Shown one piece after another: positions 28,584 to 38,451 of a stretch of 40,006 bases of DNA; within the stretch, counting starts at the first letter, position 1; every line of letters begins with the position of its first letter. The stretch lies in IMG/VR virus record IMGVR_UViG_2568526473_000002, positions 1 to 40,006 of that record; one strand, 5' to 3'. The notes under the pieces are model-generated. The model did not search any database, was not told the DNA's origin, and saw only the letters and a program-made list of their open reading frames with translations. A program made the position numbers and the translations under genes. The DNA comes from a virus. Its lineage: Duplodnaviria > Heunggongvirae > Uroviricota > Caudoviricetes.

Positions 28584-28939
28584 TGGCCCGTATCGGGGGA
28601 ACCTGTTATTTCAAAATTGACGGTCAGCAGCTATCGCTGACCGGCGGCATTGAGGTGCCCATGAACAGGACGGTCAATGATGACATCATCGGCCTGGACG
28701 GTTCAGTGGACCGCAAGGAAACTCACCGTGCGCCTTATGTCAAAGGGACCTTCAAGGTGTCGAAGAATTTTCCGGTGAGCAAAATCACCTCGTCTGATGA
28801 GATGACCATCACTGCCGAGCTGGCAAACGGTCAGGTCTATGTACTGTCGTCTGCCTGGCTGCACGGCGAAGCGAACCATAATGCCGAAGAAGGCACGGTC
28901 GATCTTGAGTTCCACGGTGAAGAAGGGGATTACCAGTAA
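28583..28939 (+). CDS. Tail tube protein (118 aa)
   Basis: Small protein immediately after the sheath, ATGG overlap. Confidence 0.72.
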   Translation: MARIGGTCYFKIDGQQLSLTGGIEVPMNRTVNDDIIGLDGSVDRKETHRAPYVKGTFKVSKNFPVSKITSSDEMTITAELANGQVYVLSSAWLHGEANHNAEEGTVDLEFHGEEGDYQ

Positions 28940-29208
28940 TGAAAGAGCTTGAGTTAAAGAAACCGATTACCGCTCATGGCGAGACACTCTCCGTACTGGA
29001 GTTTGATGAGCCCACCGGGAAAGATGTCCGCGAGCTGGGGTATCCCTACCAGATGAATCAGGATGAGTCCGTCAGACTTCTGGCGCATGTGGTATCGAAA
29101 TACATTGTGCGGCTGGCGAAAGTGCCGCAAAGCTCTGTCGACCAGATGTCTCCGGCAGACCTGAATGCAGCGGCGTGGCTTGTGGCTGGTTTTTTCCTCC
29201 AGGCCTGA
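28939..29208 (+). CDS. Tail assembly chaperone, frame-0 product; a -1 frameshift fusion product would extend to 29357
   Basis: Two overlapping ORFs (28939..29208 and 29175..29357) between tube and tape measure, with slippery T TTT TTC at 29190-29196. Confidence 0.6.
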   Translation: MKELELKKPITAHGETLSVLEFDEPTGKDVRELGYPYQMNQDESVRLLAHVVSKYIVRLAKVPQSSVDQMSPADLNAAAWLVAGFFLQA

Positions 29209-29349
29209 CGGCTGAATACCTTACTGATCGCTTCTTTGACTGCGCCAGCTACTGGCGCATTAATCCTTTCGAATTGCTGAATATGCCGATCAGTGAAATT
29301 CCCTTACTGGTCAGTCAGGCAAACAGGATAGAGCAGGAGAAACGCACAC

Positions 29350-31185
29350 ATGGCTGAATTTGAGCTTAAGGCGTTGATCACCGGTGTCGACAGGCTTTCT
29401 CCCGCGCTGTCGAAAATGCAAAAGAAAATCCGGGGATTTAAACGCCAGGCGGAAGAAGCGTCACAGGGTGGGCTGGCGCTTGGTGGCGGACTGGCAGCGG
29501 GTCTGACGCTTTCCCTGAAATCTTATGCCGATCAGGAAAACGCCGCCACCGGGCTGAAAGTCGCCATGATGGATGCGAACGGCGAGGTTGGAAAGCGCTT
29601 TCAGGACATCAATAAACTGGCTATTGGCCTGGGTAACCAGCTACCCGGTACAACGGCTGATTTCCAGAACATGATGCAGATGCTGGTGCGTCAGGGGATC
29701 CCGGCAGAAAACATTCTGGGTGGTGTGGGTAAAGCGACAGCTTATCTTGCGGTACAACTGAAAAAAACACCGGAAGCGGCTGCTGAGTTTGCTGCAAAGA
29801 TGCAGGATGCTACCGGAACGGCGTCAGAAGACATGATGGGGCTGTTCGACACTATCCAGAAGGCGTTTTATCTGGGCGTTGACGATACCAACATGTTGTC
29901 CTTCTTCACTAAAACCAGTTCTGTTCTGAAGATGGTGAACAAGGACGGTCTTCAGGCTGCACAGAGCCTTGCCCCCATCAGCGTCATGATGGATCAGATG
30001 GGGATGAACGGGGAGTCGGCAGGTAATGCCCTGCGAAAAGTTATCCAGTCCGGATTAAGCGTTAAGAAAATCAGGGACGTTAATAAAGTTATGGCCCGCC
30101 AGAAACTCGGGGTACAGCTCGATTTTACTGACGGCAAAGGAAGTTTTGGCGGTCTTGATAACATGTTCAGGCAACTGGCAAAGCTGCGAAAACTGACCGA
30201 CGTTAAGCGAACAGGTGTACTTAAGGCAATATTTGGTGATGATGCTGAAACCCTTCAGGTGGTCAATGCTCTGATCGATAAAGGAAAGGATGGTTACGAT
30301 CAGATCCAGCAGAAGATGAATAAACAGGCCAGCCTGAATAAACGTGTTCAGGCCCAGCTTGGTACGCTGTCCAACCTGTGGGAGGCAATGACGGGGACCG
30401 CAACTAACGGCCTTGCGGCTATTGGCGGCGCATTTTCTGGTGACGCCAAAAATATCACGCAATGGCTGGGAGAGTTAGGGGAAAAATTCACGAAGTTTGC
30501 GGATGAAAATCCCCGGGTTATTCGCGGCGTCTTCGGGCTTGCTGCCGGTCTTGCGATTCTGAAACTGGGATTGATGGGCGTTGGCGGTGCCATCAGTATT
30601 GTCAGCAGGATCATGTCGATGACGCCGATTGGAATGATTGCGACGGCGATAGCCCTGGCTGCGGGATTAATTATCACTAACTGGGATGTTGTCGGACCTT
30701 ATTTCAAGAAGCTCTGGGAAACCATTGGTCCTTATTTTGAGGCTGGCTGGGAACTTCTGAAGAAGGTTTTTGCCTGGTCGCCGCTGGGGATGGTAATCAA
30801 TAACTGGGGACCGGTTGTTAAGTGGTTTCAGGATATGTGGGATAAGCTGAAGCCGATTATTGAATGGTTTACCGACAGTTCCGGTGACACGGTCGATGCC
30901 ATTAACTCTGCGCAGTGGGGCGCGGGTGCTTATGATGCTTATGGGACGGGAATACCGGCACGGGGATACACACCTTATCCGGCGGTGGATCTGGCTCAGT
31001 CAAACAACGCCTCCGATGCCACAGGCCTGAATCCCTTCATGATTAATAAAGCTACTGCGCCAAAAGTTGATGGTGAGATCAAGGTCTCTTTTGTGAATTC
31101 GCCTCCGGGTATGCGGGTTATGGAAACGCGTTCCAGCGGTTTTGATGTCAGCCATGATGTTGGCTATACGCGCTTTGGCAGGTAA
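29350..31185 (+). CDS. Tail tape measure protein (611 aa)
   Basis: Long Ala/Gly-rich protein with internal hydrophobic segments, directly after the chaperone pair. Confidence 0.85.
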   Translation: MAEFELKALITGVDRLSPALSKMQKKIRGFKRQAEEASQGGLALGGGLAAGLTLSLKSYADQENAATGLKVAMMDANGEVGKRFQDINKLAIGLGNQLPGTTADFQNMMQMLVRQGIPAENILGGVGKATAYLAVQLKKTPEAAAEFAAKMQDATGTASEDMMGLFDTIQKAFYLGVDDTNMLSFFTKTSSVLKMVNKDGLQAAQSLAPISVMMDQMGMNGESAGNALRKVIQSGLSVKKIRDVNKVMARQKLGVQLDFTDGKGSFGGLDNMFRQLAKLRKLTDVKRTGVLKAIFGDDAETLQVVNALIDKGKDGYDQIQQKMNKQASLNKRVQAQLGTLSNLWEAMTGTATNGLAAIGGAFSGDAKNITQWLGELGEKFTKFADENPRVIRGVFGLAAGLAILKLGLMGVGGAISIVSRIMSMTPIGMIATAIALAAGLIITNWDVVGPYFKKLWETIGPYFEAGWELLKKVFAWSPLGMVINNWGPVVKWFQDMWDKLKPIIEWFTDSSGDTVDAINSAQWGAGAYDAYGTGIPARGYTPYPAVDLAQSNNASDATGLNPFMINKATAPKVDGEIKVSFVNSPPGMRVMETRSSGFDVSHDVGYTRFGR

Positions 31186-31245
31186 TGAAAAATTAATCTG
31201 TTAATGAGTCCCACTCCGGTGGGATTTTTTATGTACGGAGTTTAT

Positions 31246-32574
31246 ATGACGTGGAAAGACAGACTTCAGGACGCGTCATTTCGCGGTGTGCCGTTTAAGG
31301 TTGAAGAAGAAAGTGCGGGAACCGGTCGTCGTGTGGAAACGCACGAATACCCGAACCGCGACAAACCCTATACCGAAGACCTGGGGAAAATTACTTTCCG
31401 CCCGTCCATCACAGCTTATGTGGTGGGAGATGACTGCTTTGACCAGCGCGATCGCCTGATTGACGCGCTGAATAAACCCGGTTCCGGCACGCTTGTCCAT
31501 CCGACTTACGGTGAGCTGAAAGTCTGTGTTGACGGAGAGGTTCGGGTCAGCACATCGAAGAGTGAAGGGCGTATTGTCCGCTTTGACCTGAAGTTTGTCG
31601 AAGCGGGAGAACTCTCTTACCCCACTTCAGGTGCGGCGACGGCGCAGACGCTGATGTCATCCTGTTCTGCACTGGATGACTGCATCAGTGACAGCTTCAG
31701 TGGTTTCAGTATCGATGGCGTGGCAGATTTTGTGCAGAACGACGTCGTCGGTAATGCCAGCACAATGCTTAGGTATGTTTCTGATGCGATGAAAGTGGTG
31801 GATTCTGCCGTATCGGATGCCGCCAGGCTGTTGCAGGGGGATATCTCGGTACTTCTGCCGCCGCCATCGTCAGGCAAAAATTTCGTTGAGCAGGTGCAGA
31901 AAATGTGGCGTACCGGGAAACGCCTTTATGGTAACGCCAGCGACCTGGTCACCATGATCAAAACGCTTTCCGGTGTCAGCCTCGGCAGCGATCTGCAACC
32001 GCGCGGCGTCTGGAAAACGGACAGTAAAACCACCGCCACGGCGACGCAGCAGCGTAACGTGGTTGCCAGCACCCTTCGTACGACCGCAATCAGCGAAGCG
32101 GCGTATGCCGTCACCCGATTGCCTGCGCCAACAACTTCCGCGGTGATGCAGAATGCCGCAGTGGGGCAGGCAACAACACCCGCGCAGAGCACTGGCTGGC
32201 CTTCCGTCACGCATCCGGCACTGAACAATGCACCGGCGGTGAAAAGCACGGTTGACCTGCCGACGTGGGAAGAACTGACTGACATTCGCGACACACTGAA
32301 TACGGCAATTGATAAGGAGTTGTCCCGAACAACCAGTGATGCGCTGTTTCTGGCGCTGCGCCGGGTGAAAGCAGATCTGAATGCGGATATCAACACGCGC
32401 CTTGAACAGTCTGCACGGATCATTCAGCGCACGCCGGATGAGGTTTTACCCGCGCTGGTGCTGGCGGCGACCTGGTTTGATAACGCGGCGCGTGACGCGG
32501 ACATTATCCGGCGTAATGCCATTACGCATCCCGGCTTTGTGCCGGTGATCCCTCTGAAGGTGCCAGTGCAATGA
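31246..32574 (+). CDS. DNA circularization protein (Mu gpN-like)
   Basis: Position after the tape measure; start at ATG 31246 with GGAG RBS. Confidence 0.65.
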   Translation: MTWKDRLQDASFRGVPFKVEEESAGTGRRVETHEYPNRDKPYTEDLGKITFRPSITAYVVGDDCFDQRDRLIDALNKPGSGTLVHPTYGELKVCVDGEVRVSTSKSEGRIVRFDLKFVEAGELSYPTSGAATAQTLMSSCSALDDCISDSFSGFSIDGVADFVQNDVVGNASTMLRYVSDAMKVVDSAVSDAARLLQGDISVLLPPPSSGKNFVEQVQKMWRTGKRLYGNASDLVTMIKTLSGVSLGSDLQPRGVWKTDSKTTATATQQRNVVASTLRTTAISEAAYAVTRLPAPTTSAVMQNAAVGQATTPAQSTGWPSVTHPALNNAPAVKSTVDLPTWEELTDIRDTLNTAIDKELSRTTSDALFLALRRVKADLNADINTRLEQSARIIQRTPDEVLPALVLAATWFDNAARDADIIRRNAITHPGFVPVIPLKVPVQ

Positions 32575-33650
32575 ACGATAACGTCACGCTACGGGTAAAT
32601 GGCCGGGAGTGGAATGGCTGGACATCGGTGCGCATCGGTGCCGGTGTTGAACGACTGGCGCGGGATTTCAGTGTGGAGATCACCCGCCAGTGGCCGGGAG
32701 ATGAGGGTATTACCATGCTTCAGTCGCGCATTAAAAACGGTTCAAAAGTGGAGGTGCTGATTGGTGATGAGCTGGTGATCACCGGCTGGGTGGAGGCGAC
32801 GCCCGTTCGTTACGATGCCCGTTCGGTCAGCACCGGTATTGCCGGACGTAGTCTGACCGCTGACCTGATTGACTGTGCAGCCGAACCGACACAGTTTAAC
32901 GGACGATCGCTGGTACAGATTGCGCAGGCGCTTGCTGCGCCTTTCGGCATTGAGGTGGTGAACAGCGGTGCGCCGTCGGGTGTTATTCCTGATGTCCAGC
33001 CTGATCACGGTGAAACGGTGATTGAGGTGATCAACAAAATACTCGGTCAGCAGCAGGCGCTGGCTTACGACGACCCGCACGGCAGGCTGGTGATTGGTGG
33101 TATTGGCTCAACGCGGGCACATACCGCGCTGGTACTTGGGGAAAACATCCTTTCCTGCGATACGGAGAAGAGTATCCGGGAGCGGTTTTCTGTTTACCAG
33201 GTGGCGGGGCAGCGTGCCGGAAACGACGATGATTTCGGTGAGGCCACCACCACCGCGCTGCGGGCCCGCACAGAGGACGCATTTATTGCCCGTTACCGTC
33301 CGATGTATATCAGGCAGACAGGGCAGGCTACGGGGGCAGGCTGTATTGCGCGTGCTGACTTTGAAGCCCGGCAACGGGCGGCGCGGACGGATGAAACCAC
33401 CTATGTGGTGCAGGGCTGGCGACAGGGTAACGGTACGCTGTGGCAACCCAACCAGCGGGTGATTGTCTTTGATCCGGTCTGTGGTTTTGACAATACCGAA
33501 CTGCTTGTTTCGGAAGTCACGTTTACTCAGGACCAGAACGGCACCCTGACGGAAATCCGTGTCGGCCCGCCTGATGCTTATCTGCCTGAACCTGAAGACC
33601 CCGGCGCGCGGAAAAAGAAAAAAGCCAGAGTACAGGAGGACCCGTTCTGA
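32571..33650 (+). CDS. Baseplate hub protein (Mu gpP-like / late control D family)
   Basis: 359 aa, position in the Mu-like baseplate block. Confidence 0.7.
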   Translation: MNDNVTLRVNGREWNGWTSVRIGAGVERLARDFSVEITRQWPGDEGITMLQSRIKNGSKVEVLIGDELVITGWVEATPVRYDARSVSTGIAGRSLTADLIDCAAEPTQFNGRSLVQIAQALAAPFGIEVVNSGAPSGVIPDVQPDHGETVIEVINKILGQQQALAYDDPHGRLVIGGIGSTRAHTALVLGENILSCDTEKSIRERFSVYQVAGQRAGNDDDFGEATTTALRARTEDAFIARYRPMYIRQTGQATGAGCIARADFEARQRAARTDETTYVVQGWRQGNGTLWQPNQRVIVFDPVCGFDNTELLVSEVTFTQDQNGTLTEIRVGPPDAYLPEPEDPGARKKKKARVQEDPF

Positions 33651-34198
33651 TGAGGACGATTGAAGCCATGCAGCGACAACTTCTCGGCCTGATTGGGCGG
33701 GCAGTGGTGAAAAGCATCAGTGCCGCCACGAAATGTCAGACCGTGGATGTGTCCCTGATTGCCGGTGAACCCAAAGCCGGGGTTGAACATCTTGAACCCT
33801 ACGGTTTTACCGCAAGGGCAAACAGCGGTGCGGAAGCGGTGGTGTTGTTTCCGGATGGCGACCGTTCTCATGCGGTGGTTGTTACGGTGTCGGACCGGCG
33901 CTACCGCCTGAAAGGGCTGCAGACGGGGGAGGTGGCTGTCTATGACGATCAGGGGCAGTCTGTGACGCTGACCCGGGAGGGGATCGTGGTGGACGGTGCA
34001 GGTAAAACGATCACGTTTCGCAATGCGCCCAGAGCACGTTTTGAAATGGACCTAGAAGTGACCGGACAGGTGAAAGACCTGTGCGACTCCGGCGGCACCA
34101 CCATGTCAGCGATGCGGCTTGCCTATAACGGCCATCGTCACAGAGAGAACGGTCAGGGCAGTAACACCGACAAACCGGATAAAGCGATGGAGGCATGA
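33650..34198 (+). CDS. Baseplate spike/assembly protein (Mu gp45-like)
   Basis: Position and size in the conserved Mu-like order. Confidence 0.6.
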   Translation: MRTIEAMQRQLLGLIGRAVVKSISAATKCQTVDVSLIAGEPKAGVEHLEPYGFTARANSGAEAVVLFPDGDRSHAVVVTVSDRRYRLKGLQTGEVAVYDDQGQSVTLTREGIVVDGAGKTITFRNAPRARFEMDLEVTGQVKDLCDSGGTTMSAMRLAYNGHRHRENGQGSNTDKPDKAMEA

Positions 34199-34623
34199 TG
34201 GAACTGTGGCTGACGGTGAACGGTAAACGCACCTGCGCCAGCGCACCGCTGGATCCGCTGACCCGCGCCGTGGTGATTTCCCTGTTCACCTGGCGGCGGG
34301 CGGAGCCTGATGACAATGCCGACGTCCCGATGGGATGGTGGGGGGATACCTGGCCTGCGGTACAGAATGACCGTTACGGCTCCCGGCTGTGGCTGCTTCA
34401 GCGCGGCAAACTGACCAATCAGCTGGTGCAGACGGTAAGGGGGTATATCCGCGAATGCCTGCAATGGATGATTGATGACGGTGTGGTGTCCCGTATTGAT
34501 CTGGATATCCGCCGCACCGGGATTAATGAACTGGGTAACAGTATCACTCTCTGGCGTCGTGACGGACCGGTAATGATTTCTTTTGATGATCTGTGGAGTG
34601 CGATAACGCATGGCGGACAGTGA
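34195..34623 (+). CDS. Baseplate protein (Mu gp46-like)
   Basis: Position and size in the conserved Mu-like order. Confidence 0.55.
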   Translation: MMELWLTVNGKRTCASAPLDPLTRAVVISLFTWRRAEPDDNADVPMGWWGDTWPAVQNDRYGSRLWLLQRGKLTNQLVQTVRGYIRECLQWMIDDGVVSRIDLDIRRTGINELGNSITLWRRDGPVMISFDDLWSAITHGGQ

Positions 34624-35668
34624 ATTTCAGCGCCCGACGCTGGCAGAAAATATCAGTATGCTCCGTAACGATTTATTCGCCAGGCTGGACGTCAGCGACA
34701 CGCTCCGGCGCATGGATGAAGACGTGCGGGCAAAGGTGTATGCGGCGGCGCTGCATACGGTTTACGGTTACATCGATTATCTGGCAATGAACATGCTGCC
34801 TGACCTGTGCGATGAGTCCTGGCTGGCGCGACATGCTGCGATGAAACGGTGTCCGCGCAAGGGGGCCACGGCTGCCAGCGGGTATATGCGCTGGGAAGGT
34901 GTCAGCGATGGCCTGAAGGTGACCGCCGGGAGTGTTATTCAGCGCGATGACCTGGTTCAGTACACGGCAACTGCCGATGCAACCAGCTCCGGTGGTGTCC
35001 TGCGCGTGCCGATCGCCTGCTCAAGTGCAGGCGCGGTCGGTAACGCTGACGACGGTACGTCATTAATCCTGGTCACGCCGGTGAATGGTCTGCCGTCTTC
35101 CGGCGTGGCAGATACCCTGACAGGTGGATTTGATACTGAAGAGCTGGAAACGTGGCGCGCCCGCGTCATTGAGCGGTATTACTGGACGCCTCAGGGCGGG
35201 GCTGACGGGGACTATGTTGTCTGGGCTAAAGAAGTGCCAGGCATTACCCGTGCATGGACATACCGCCACTGGATGGGAACGGGGACTGTCGGTGTGATGA
35301 TTGCCAGCAGTGACCTGATTAATCCCATTCCGGAAGAATCAACGGAAACGGCGGCAAGACAACACATTGAGCCACTGGCCCCGGTGGCAGGCTCTGATTT
35401 GTATGTATTCAGGCCGGTGGCGCATAAAGTGGATTTTCATATCCGCGTGACGCCGGACACACCAGAAATACGGGCTGCCATTACCGCGGAGTTGCGTTCG
35501 TTCCTGCTGCGTGATGGTTATCCGCAGGGAGAGCTGAAGGTGTCGCGTATCAGTGAAGCGATTTCCGGTGCGAACGGGGAATACAGCCATCAGTTGCTTG
35601 CACCGGCAGACAATATCTCCATTGCGAAAAACGAACTGGCGGTTCTGGGGACGATTTCATGGACGTGA
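34610..35668 (+). CDS. Baseplate J-like protein (Mu gp47-like)
   Basis: 352 aa, position and size typical of baseplate J. Confidence 0.75.
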   Translation: MADSEFQRPTLAENISMLRNDLFARLDVSDTLRRMDEDVRAKVYAAALHTVYGYIDYLAMNMLPDLCDESWLARHAAMKRCPRKGATAASGYMRWEGVSDGLKVTAGSVIQRDDLVQYTATADATSSGGVLRVPIACSSAGAVGNADDGTSLILVTPVNGLPSSGVADTLTGGFDTEELETWRARVIERYYWTPQGGADGDYVVWAKEVPGITRAWTYRHWMGTGTVGVMIASSDLINPIPEESTETAARQHIEPLAPVAGSDLYVFRPVAHKVDFHIRVTPDTPEIRAAITAELRSFLLRDGYPQGELKVSRISEAISGANGEYSHQLLAPADNISIAKNELAVLGTISWT

Positions 35669-36243
35669 CAAACGATGATTACATCCGTCTGTTGTCAGCA
35701 CTGTTGCCGCCCGGTCCGGCGTGGTCAGCCAGCGATCCGGCGATTGCCGGTGCAGCACCGTCATTAACCCGTGTTCATCAGCGTGCGGATGCCCTGATGC
35801 GGGAGCTGGATCCGCGCACCACCACCGAACTGATAAACCGCTGGGAGCGTCTGTGCGGCCTGCCGGATGAATGTATTCCCGCAGGGACACAGACCCTTCG
35901 CCAGCGTCAGCAACGGCTGGATGCGAAGGTTAACCTGGCGGGCGGCATCAACGAGGATTTTTATCTTGCACAGCTTGCTGCCCTGGGCAGACCAGATGCC
36001 ACCATCACGCGATACGACAAAAGCACCTTCACCTGCTCATCGGCCTGTACTGACGCGGTGAATGCGCCGGAATGGCGGTATTACTGGCAGGTCAACATGC
36101 CAGCTGCCACCAACACCACCTGGATGACATGTGGTGATCCCTGTGATTCCGCACTGCGTATCTGGGGCGACACCGTTGTCGAGTGTGTGCTTAACAAACT
36201 CTGCCCTTCGCATACCTACGTAATTTTTAAATATCCGGAGTAA
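35659..36243 (+). CDS. Tail protein (Mu gp48-like, DUF2313-like)
   Basis: Position directly upstream of the tail fibre gene. Confidence 0.6.
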   Translation: MDVTNDDYIRLLSALLPPGPAWSASDPAIAGAAPSLTRVHQRADALMRELDPRTTTELINRWERLCGLPDECIPAGTQTLRQRQQRLDAKVNLAGGINEDFYLAQLAALGRPDATITRYDKSTFTCSSACTDAVNAPEWRYYWQVNMPAATNTTWMTCGDPCDSALRIWGDTVVECVLNKLCPSHTYVIFKYPE

Positions 36244-36246
36244 TCC

Positions 36247-36885
36247 ATGCATCGTATAGACACGAAAACCGCGCAGAAGGATAAGTTCGGCGCGGGTAAG
36301 AACGGTTTTACCCGTGGTAACCCCCAGACCGGCACACCTGCCACCGATCTGGATGATGACTACTTTGACATGTTGCAGGAAGAACTCTGCAGCGTGGTGG
36401 AGGCATCCGGTGCCAGCCTGGAGAAGGGGCGGCATGACCAGCTGCTTACCGCGCTTCGTGCGCTGCTGTTAAGCCGCAAAAATCCGTTTGGCGATATCAA
36501 ATCGGACGGCACGGTGAAAACGGCTCTCGAAAACCTTGGTTTGGGAGAAGCGGCAAAACGGAATGTGGGAACAGGGGAAAATCAGATACCAGATATGTCT
36601 GCATTTCCATCTGGCAAAAACTGGTTTCAGTTACCAAGTGGTCATATTGTCCAAATGTTTTCGATGAATGTTTATGGGGCGGACACTAACGGAACTACAG
36701 GTAATTTCCCTATTGCATTTCCTTCAGGCGCACTGGCTGTTAGTGCCTTATGGTCAGATGGCACATTAACGGCTGCTCCGACCTTTAAACTTATGGGGTA
36801 CACGACAACAAGGACATCAGTAACCTTAAAAGTATCAACCGGAAATGGTTTGTATGGAACTATGATTATCGCAATAGGAAGATAA
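36247..36885 (+). CDS. Tail fibre protein, expressed orientation (conserved N-terminus, variable C-terminus)
   Basis: Contains the crossover motif LGLGE encoded at 36536-36549; followed by a tail fibre assembly gene. Confidence 0.75.
   Translation: MHRIDTKTAQKDKFGAGKNGFTRGNPQTGTPATDLDDDYFDMLQEELCSVVEASGASLEKGRHDQLLTALRALLLSRKNPFGDIKSDGTVKTALENLGLGEAAKRNVGTGENQIPDMSAFPSGKNWFQLPSGHIVQMFSMNVYGADTNGTTGNFPIAFPSGALAVSALWSDGTLTAAPTFKLMGYTTTRTSVTLKVSTGNGLYGTMIIAIGR
36536..36549. other. Left inversion crossover site (gix/pix-like), ttggtttgggagaa
   Basis: 14-bp perfect inverted repeat of 38372-38385, embedded in an AAACC..GGTTT-type pseudo-palindrome (tcgaaaaccttggtttgggagaa). Confidence 0.7.
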
Positions 36886-36886
36886 T

Positions 36887-37330
36887 ATGAATCAATATAT
36901 TTATTCCCCTTCGGAAAATGCTTTTTATGCTGTTAATTTAAAAAACACTTATGAAGTAAATGGAACATGGCCTGCTAATGCATTAGATATTCCTGATGAT
37001 ATTTCTGTAAAATATATGGCGGAACCGCCACAAGGGAAAATCCGAGTTGCAGGGGAAAATGGTTTTCCCACATGGGCTGAAATACCTCCACCATCACATG
37101 AGGAACTTATTGAACAGGCCGAATCAGAGAGGCAATTATTGATTAACCAGGCCAACGAATACATGAACAGTAAACAATGGCCCGGTAAAGCCGCTATTGG
37201 TCGTCTGAAAGGTGAGGAACTGGCGCAATATAATTTGTGGCTGGATTATCTGGATGCACTGGAGCTGGTTGATACCTCCAGTGCGCCAGATATTGAATGG
37301 CCTACGCCTCCGGCAGTTCAGGCCAGATGA
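36887..37330 (+). CDS. Tail fibre assembly protein (expressed orientation)
   Basis: Directly downstream of the tail fibre gene; conserved C-terminal text ...LDYLDALELVDTSSAPDIEWPTPP typical of Tfa proteins. Confidence 0.75.
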   Translation: MNQYIYSPSENAFYAVNLKNTYEVNGTWPANALDIPDDISVKYMAEPPQGKIRVAGENGFPTWAEIPPPSHEELIEQAESERQLLINQANEYMNSKQWPGKAAIGRLKGEELAQYNLWLDYLDALELVDTSSAPDIEWPTPPAVQAR

Positions 37331-37904
37331 CATCCGGCGCGGTGCTGGTATCTGTTGCCGTCACCGCGTCAATGTAATCCAGCACAGCGTTAAGTCTGGT
37401 TGTTTCTGCCTGCGTCGGTTTACGTCCGGCCTGCAATTTCAGTTGAATCAGACTGATGGAAGCCATTGCTGCATCAATCAGTGACTGGCGCTGTGCTTCT
37501 GCCGCTTCTACTGCGGCACCGTGTTGTGCCTCAGTATCTGTCACCCATTTTTCACCATCCCATTTATCGTATGGAGTTAACGGGGCGATAGTGGTTGTAT
37601 TTTCGGGATAGTCGCCTAGTGCTGTGATTTCTTTGGCATCTCCCGTTTCGGTGTTATAGACGATTTCACCGCGATGGTCTGACACATATTCCCATGATTT
37701 TAAATCCACAGAACGGCAAATTGTATAACCAGCCTTAGATGTACCAGGAGCGTCTAAACAGGAATATGCTGGAATACCGACACCCACTGCAAGATATTCA
37801 GTTGATGCAGAAATATATTCCCGCGTCTCACCATCATAGTTATAGACGGTAATATTCCCCGCCTTCGTGGTAATAAGCTCGCTATTTAATACGGCGTTAT
37901 CCAT
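37302..37904 (-). CDS. Alternative tail fibre assembly protein (inverted cassette)
   Basis: Opposite strand; C-terminal text ...VLDYIDAVTATDTSTAPDVIWPELPEA parallels the plus-strand Tfa C-terminus. Confidence 0.75.
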   Translation of the reverse strand: MDNAVLNSELITTKAGNITVYNYDGETREYISASTEYLAVGVGIPAYSCLDAPGTSKAGYTICRSVDLKSWEYVSDHRGEIVYNTETGDAKEITALGDYPENTTTIAPLTPYDKWDGEKWVTDTEAQHGAAVEAAEAQRQSLIDAAMASISLIQLKLQAGRKPTQAETTRLNAVLDYIDAVTATDTSTAPDVIWPELPEA

Positions 37905-38440
37905 TATGCAGCCCTCACGATATAGTTAAATGCAATATTTCGTGGACGGGTTTCACTCCCGCCAGTATTACCGATACTCCCTCGTGAATGAAGTGTCGGT
38001 GATGGGATCAGACTCCCTCCGGCAGCGGCAGCATCAAGCCCCCTGCCTTGCTTATATGCTCTTCTGAAGATTGTCGCTAGTTCCCATTCCTCTTTTGAGT
38101 CATACCCATCGTTGGCGACAACAGGATGACGGTGCTTTTCCAGCATTCCGGCCTGAATACTCAATAAAACACGTCCTGCATCAATACCGCGCCCGTCATC
38201 CCAGCCACGAATAAACTCACCGCGTAAATCAGGTAATTTATTTGTTGGATAAGCCTTTGCCAGTTCCGGGTATTCTTCAGCAGAAAATGCCGCACCGTTG
38301 CATTTCAGCCAGCCTGTTGGCGGTGTGGCTGAAGGCCATGGAACAGGCACACCAACAGGTAATGCAGAGCCTTCTCCCAAACCAACGTTTATGAAAATGA
38401 AGAAATAACAAGCAAATGGCATCATTCCTGCTTTTACCAA
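37904..38440 (-). CDS. Alternative tail fibre C-terminal (receptor-binding) cassette, promoterless in the current orientation
   Basis: Reading frame passes through the right crossover site, encoding the same LGLGE junction; no plausible own N-terminus. Confidence 0.7.
   Translation of the reverse strand: MVKAGMMPFACYFFIFINVGLGEGSALPVGVPVPWPSATPPTGWLKCNGAAFSAEEYPELAKAYPTNKLPDLRGEFIRGWDDGRGIDAGRVLLSIQAGMLEKHRHPVVANDGYDSKEEWELATIFRRAYKQGRGLDAAAAGGSLIPSPTLHSRGSIGNTGGSETRPRNIAFNYIVRAA
38372..38397. other. Right inversion crossover site (gix/pix-like), ttctcccaaaccaacgtttatgaaaa
   Basis: Pseudo-palindromic site of Gin/Hin/Pin type (AAACC..GTTT core); inverted repeat of the left site; immediately upstream of the invertase remnant. 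Confidence 0.7.
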
Positions 38441-38451
38441 GGGGATTTAAC

